Assembly: GCF_009914755.1 (NCBI RefSeq)
Contig: NC_060931.1
Reading direction: 5' to 3' (one strand)
DNA from: the human T2T-CHM13v2.0 reference genome, Homo sapiens
DNA length: 64,000 bases
In this document: piece by piece, positions 57,201-64,000 of the stretch
Layout: each line of letters opens with the position of its first letter
How positions within the stretch are numbered: the first letter of the stretch is position 1
The notes under the pieces: model-generated
The model's database searches: none
The model's input: only the letters and a program-made list of their open reading frames with translations
What the model was told of the DNA's origin: nothing
Translations under genes and position numbers: made by a program

Positions 57201-58902
57201 GACTGTGAACAAAATTAACTCTGTGTGTATTGAGGAGAGGAGAGTACCCCCCTTCATAGAGACCCCCTGCGGCAGCCTTTAGGAATACCTGGGAGCTTCC
57301 CACTGGATTAGACACCAAAGTCTAAACAAGTGCTCCTCTGTCAAATCCTGGAAGGCGGACAGTCATTTCAAAAGCAGACATGCATGCTGCCTCTTTTTGT
57401 GCCTTGCAGCCCAGAAAGTATTGCTCAGATGTTCCAAATCAGAAGGTGTTCAGCCACTTCATACTGCCACCAGCCATGCTGCTGGGCTGCAGCTATTTGG
57501 ATCAGAATGGAACTCTTTGATCTGTTTTATATCTAAGTTTAACTATGGCCTGGGTCCAAAAGGTAGACTAATTTTGGCAACTTCCCCTGTACACTTTTAT
57601 CTAGAGATAAAAGGAACACTTGGAAGCATAAACAGAAGGTGCATTTCTGTAGGCCCAATAGCCAGCACATCAAAACACAAGACCATAGAAGCTGGTGCTG
57701 AATATTAGTTCTGATTTTAGAATGCAGCTCTACTCTGCTACCTCACTCACTGGCAGCCAGTAGGACCATTTCCTTCTATTGTAAACATATAAAGATAACG
57801 TAGCATTACAGAACTCAGAAAGGAAAGACTCATTTCCAGCACAGTGACTTCCATTTTTACATGAATTTTTAAAATTGAAAACCATGATTTTTAAGTTATA
57901 AAGTAATTACACTGGCTTTGGGTCCAGGAGTCCAAGGCTCTCATACAAATATGTGGGTGACTGGAGACCTGAGCATCGATACTCTTCCAACCTCCCTGTC
58001 TCTCAAGCGGTCTGTGCTTTAATCAGGAATTTATGGCTTGGTAAGCCCAGTTAGGAGAGTGGAACATAAATCCCCAGGGGCAGCCAGCTTGGAGCTCCAG
58101 AGAAGAGTTATAGCTTGCCCATGACCTTTGCACTATGTGAATTTGTCAGTGAAGGACCAAATGAGAGAAATGCAAGGCCTGGCAGGGTTTAATGTAGCCC
58201 ATTTTAACTTATAGTCAGAGCTACTGTCTATTCCAGAATAGGACAATGGACAGTGGAGTTCTAAAAATAGTAAGGTGATTTTTCTATAGGGACATGCAGC
58301 TGAATACACAGAGGCAGTTTAGCTGCATGCAAATCAGATAAGCTCTGAGTAGCAGTATTTGGTACCTTATTGCCAAACCAGTCCATTCTATAAGAAGTAC
58401 AATCACCAAATTGGAAGGAGACATTTCTAGTCTTTCCTTGCTAGGATCTAAAGAGACCAGTGAGTTTCTTGAAGGGCTCTTGGGACACATAGGACCTGAC
58501 TGACAGAATAATGTGACATGGCTTAAACACACTAACATGACCAACTACCCCCAAATAGTGATTTGCCAAATGGAGATGAACTAACCAGGCCAGTGCTGGG
58601 CAGTTAGTGGAAAGGAATACCACAGAGTTTGTGTATAAAAGGGCCCTAATATAGAACAGTGAAGTAACACTGGGACACATTTTTTGTAGGTCATCAAATG
58701 GCATCACAGAATTAATTTGCTGAAAAATACATAATATTAACTATAATTCCTTTGAATGAAATTACCTTGTTTTGTTGATGTAAAAATTGAGAAAGTAGTA
58801 CCATCTATTTGGGTTTTCAGTGGGGATGTTTTCCCAGTTTCTGGGTAAGAGGATATGACTCACGGATGAGAAATATGAAATTCCCATTAAACTGTCCTGG
58901 TT

Positions 58903-59170
58903 GGCCAGGCACAATGGTTCATGCTTATAATCCCAGAACTTTGGGAGGCTGAGGCAGGCAGATTGCTTGTGCCCAGGAGTTTGAGACCAGACTGGGCAAC
59001 ATGACAAAACACTATTTCTACAAAAAACACAAAAAATTAGCCAGGCATGCCTGTAGTCCCAGCTTCTCGGGAAACTGAAGTGGGAGGTCCAGGCTTCAGT
59101 GAGCTGTGATCACTCCATACATTCCAGCCTGGGCAACAGAGCGAGACCCTGTCTTGAAAATAAAAATAAA
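58903..59170 (+). mobile_element. AluJ with small deletions
   Basis: gattgcttgtgcccaggagtttgagaccag, gagaccctgtct. Confidence 0.92.
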
Positions 59171-59609
59171 GTGTCTTGGCCATCTCAGAAATCAGAATTC
59201 CACATAAAGTTTGGGAATTGCATTAGATCATATCTAAGACCTCTTTCAAATGCAATTTTTGCATAGCAAGGATCTGAACAGTCTTGAAAGGATTTCCTTT
59301 TATGTTCATTTCAAAAAACCCTCAGAAAAGAAAAAATTGACAGCACAGCCCAAGGTCAAGAGAATAAGTAAGTACAGAGAAGGCTGAACTCAAGTTAGCA
59401 ACAGACATGTGATTCCCACAGCCTCCTCAAAGTAGTTCTCTATCATGTGAGGAAGAGCTTGAGCCACCAGACCTGACCTTTCCTGAATATTCCTCTTTAA
59501 CAACAAAAAATTATTTTAGTTAAACAATAAGAACCACATGACTCTACTCTCACACAGTAAAAGAGTCAATCCATTAGATCGCTAGACTAATTCATCACGC
59601 ATGACTAAA

Positions 59610-60098
<489 letters not shown>

Positions 60099-60253
60099 TT
60101 ATTAAAAAGAAAGGAAAGGGTGCTTAAGAAAAAAATACCCAAAAGCAATGAGGTAAAAAATAAATGAATACAGTGTATCTATACATATATGGGACACATA
60201 CATTACATATGATTCTGCTATGCTGTGACAACCTGTTTTTATTTGAGTCTTAG

Positions 60254-60560
<307 letters not shown>

Positions 60561-60599
60561 ATATTTGGGTCTCAAAAAACTTTTAAATTTAATATGTAA

Positions 60600-62100
<1,501 letters not shown>

Positions 62101-62264
62101 TAGTAAAACTTCAATTCTGAAATGTTTTAAGATGGACCAACCAACACCCATCCTTTGAGAGCTTACATAAGGCTAAGAACATTGAAGGTACCACTGGGAC
62201 CCCACGGGAAAACATGTAACTCTTGTTTGTGAAACACAGTCTTCCTATTTTGACATAGGGTTTG

Positions 62265-62644
62265 TGATATGGTTTGGATTTGTGTCCCCACCCAAATCTC
62301 ATGTCAAGCTGTAATCTCTAGTGTAAGAGGAGGGGTTTGGCAGGAGGTGATTGGATCATGGGGGCAGATTCCCTCCTTGTTGTTATCATGCTAGTTAGTT
62401 CTCATGAGATCTGATTGTTTAAAAGTGTGTAGCACCTCCCCTTTCACTCTCTCCCTCCTGCTCTGGCCATGTAAGACATGCCTCCTTCCTCTTCACCTTT
62501 CACCATGATTGTGAGTTTCCTGAAGCCTCTCCAGCCATGTTTCCTGTACAGACTGTAGAACCATGAGCCAATTAAACCCCTTTTCTTTATAAATTACCCA
62601 GTCTCAGGCATTTCTTTATACCAGTGTGAGAACAGACTAATACA
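62265..62644 (+). mobile_element. MaLR solo LTR (MSTA-like)
   Basis: tgatatggtttggatttgtgtccccacccaaatctcatg...ataaattacccagtctcagg...agactaataca. Confidence 0.93.
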
Positions 62645-64000
62645 GATGCTTGTTTGGTTTGGATTTTTTTTGTATAGGTCAAGTACTATCTTATTTTTCT
62701 AGTAGGTTTTCCTATTCCTCTCACATACATACAAAAAAAGAATTCTCATATTTAATAGCCGTCTTCATTGCTTACCAAAAGACCACCAGTGAAGTACATA
62801 AATATATAAATTACACAAAAAAGTATTTTTAATACTGAAAAAATAAAGACAAGAGGAAATCATTTTCAGCTTCACTGTCACACAGCCCATTTCTATTCTT
62901 AGCCAGCCTGGGTCTTCCACAGAAGAGCACCCGCTAGGTCAGGGTTTGCTTCCCTGACATGGAAACACTGCAGCCAACTGCCTTTGAGTGGGTGTCCCAT
63001 CAGCCTCCAAGGCCACATTTCCTGTGGGAGGGAATTCCTGATGCTGGAATCCTTGCTAACTTCCTTTTCCAAAACTGATTGCTTCATATAGGGACATGTT
63101 TTCTCTGCTTCTATAGGTCCCAAAGGACATAGAAACATTCCAATGAACAGCTCTGAGGTGATCTTCCTCCATTTTCTTTCTTACAAGCTAAGGGCTCATT
63201 TCCTTCAACTTAATTTGTATAGAGTAGAACCTTTTTGGTTACAGATACAGATACAATGAGAGATATCTAGATGAGAAGATGTCATGTTCTATTTTGATCC
63301 ATTCATAATGAATTGGTTTGGTCCCTTTGCCATTGCTAGCTGACTGTGGCTTCCTAGGGCACTGTTTGGAGAGAGGTCTGAAGCTGCCTCTGGCCATAGT
63401 CAACAAATAATATCTGTCATGAGCATGGGAGGGAATGTAGCAGGATGCCCAAGAAGCATTAGCCATCTTTGATTATAATTGGCTTTTTGTTTCTGAGCTT
63501 ATTTCTATAACCTTAGAAGTTTTGTTCATTTATAGATATTATACATATAATATACATATAAAAGAAAAAATACTGTGCTTTTTTTTCTTGGATCAACAAA
63601 GAAGTTTAAACAGTCCAGTGCTCTTAAATCTGGGAAGCCTTAATGCTAAGCATTGAGTATATAAATTTATATCCTAAATAAAACTTTGGCCAGAATACTA
63701 TATTCTGTACTTTCAAAAATACTTTTGTAGTTACGATTTTTCCTACTATCATTAATAGTAGTAGTAATTGTAGCATTACTAGTAATTGTAACTCTCTTAA
63801 AACCCAACTTGGTATAATTTTGGCTGGCATATAACATCATCAGTAAAGTATTTTCACATAATACTCACAAAAATAGAGAACTTTATTTTTACAATTCACA
63901 CATGCTAGGTGGCTAAGGGCTAAAGAAATACCATGAATGTTTCTGGTTTTTACCAAAGATCAGTTATATGTTTTGTATAATTGAGGGAGTAACACAACCC

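Noticed and set aside
56300-58215. Short peptides recalling bornavirus G (LKEAWKDCE at 57183; YGLGPKGRL; GTLGS) and M (KDQ...AGFNV at 58152-58196), suggesting an endogenous bornavirus-like element
   Set aside because: The comparison uses recalled sequences. Motif spacings disagree with the viral proteins by tens of residues and each match is short enough to arise by chance in six frames. A tBLASTn with Bornaviridae G/M giving significant collinear HSPs would reverse this.

Overview
AT-rich primate (probably human or ape; AluY present) intergenic or intronic DNA, roughly half of it interspersed repeats. These include about 15 Alus, L1 pieces of many ages (one ~5.4 kb antisense L1MB), L2/MIR/L3 remnants, MaLR and ERV solo LTRs, a near full-length Tigger1, MER20/MER5 and a hAT (Zaphod/Tip100-like) transposase remnant. 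I find no supportable protein-coding gene, RNA gene or CRISPR; the ORF track is mostly chance or repeat-derived. I cannot support a new biological system here. The notable features are rearrangement footprints: a perfect 39-bp-arm hairpin inside an old L1 (7909-7991), a ~125-bp locally templated insertion in Tigger1 copied from 2.3 kb upstream, an internal inversion within the L1MB, a 37-bp L1 3' tip with a TSD splitting a hAT domain, and a 62-bp perfect microsatellite palindrome. There are also a few candidate regulatory or exonic patches. Subfamily calls come from recalled consensus features and need RepeatMasker/Dfam confirmation.
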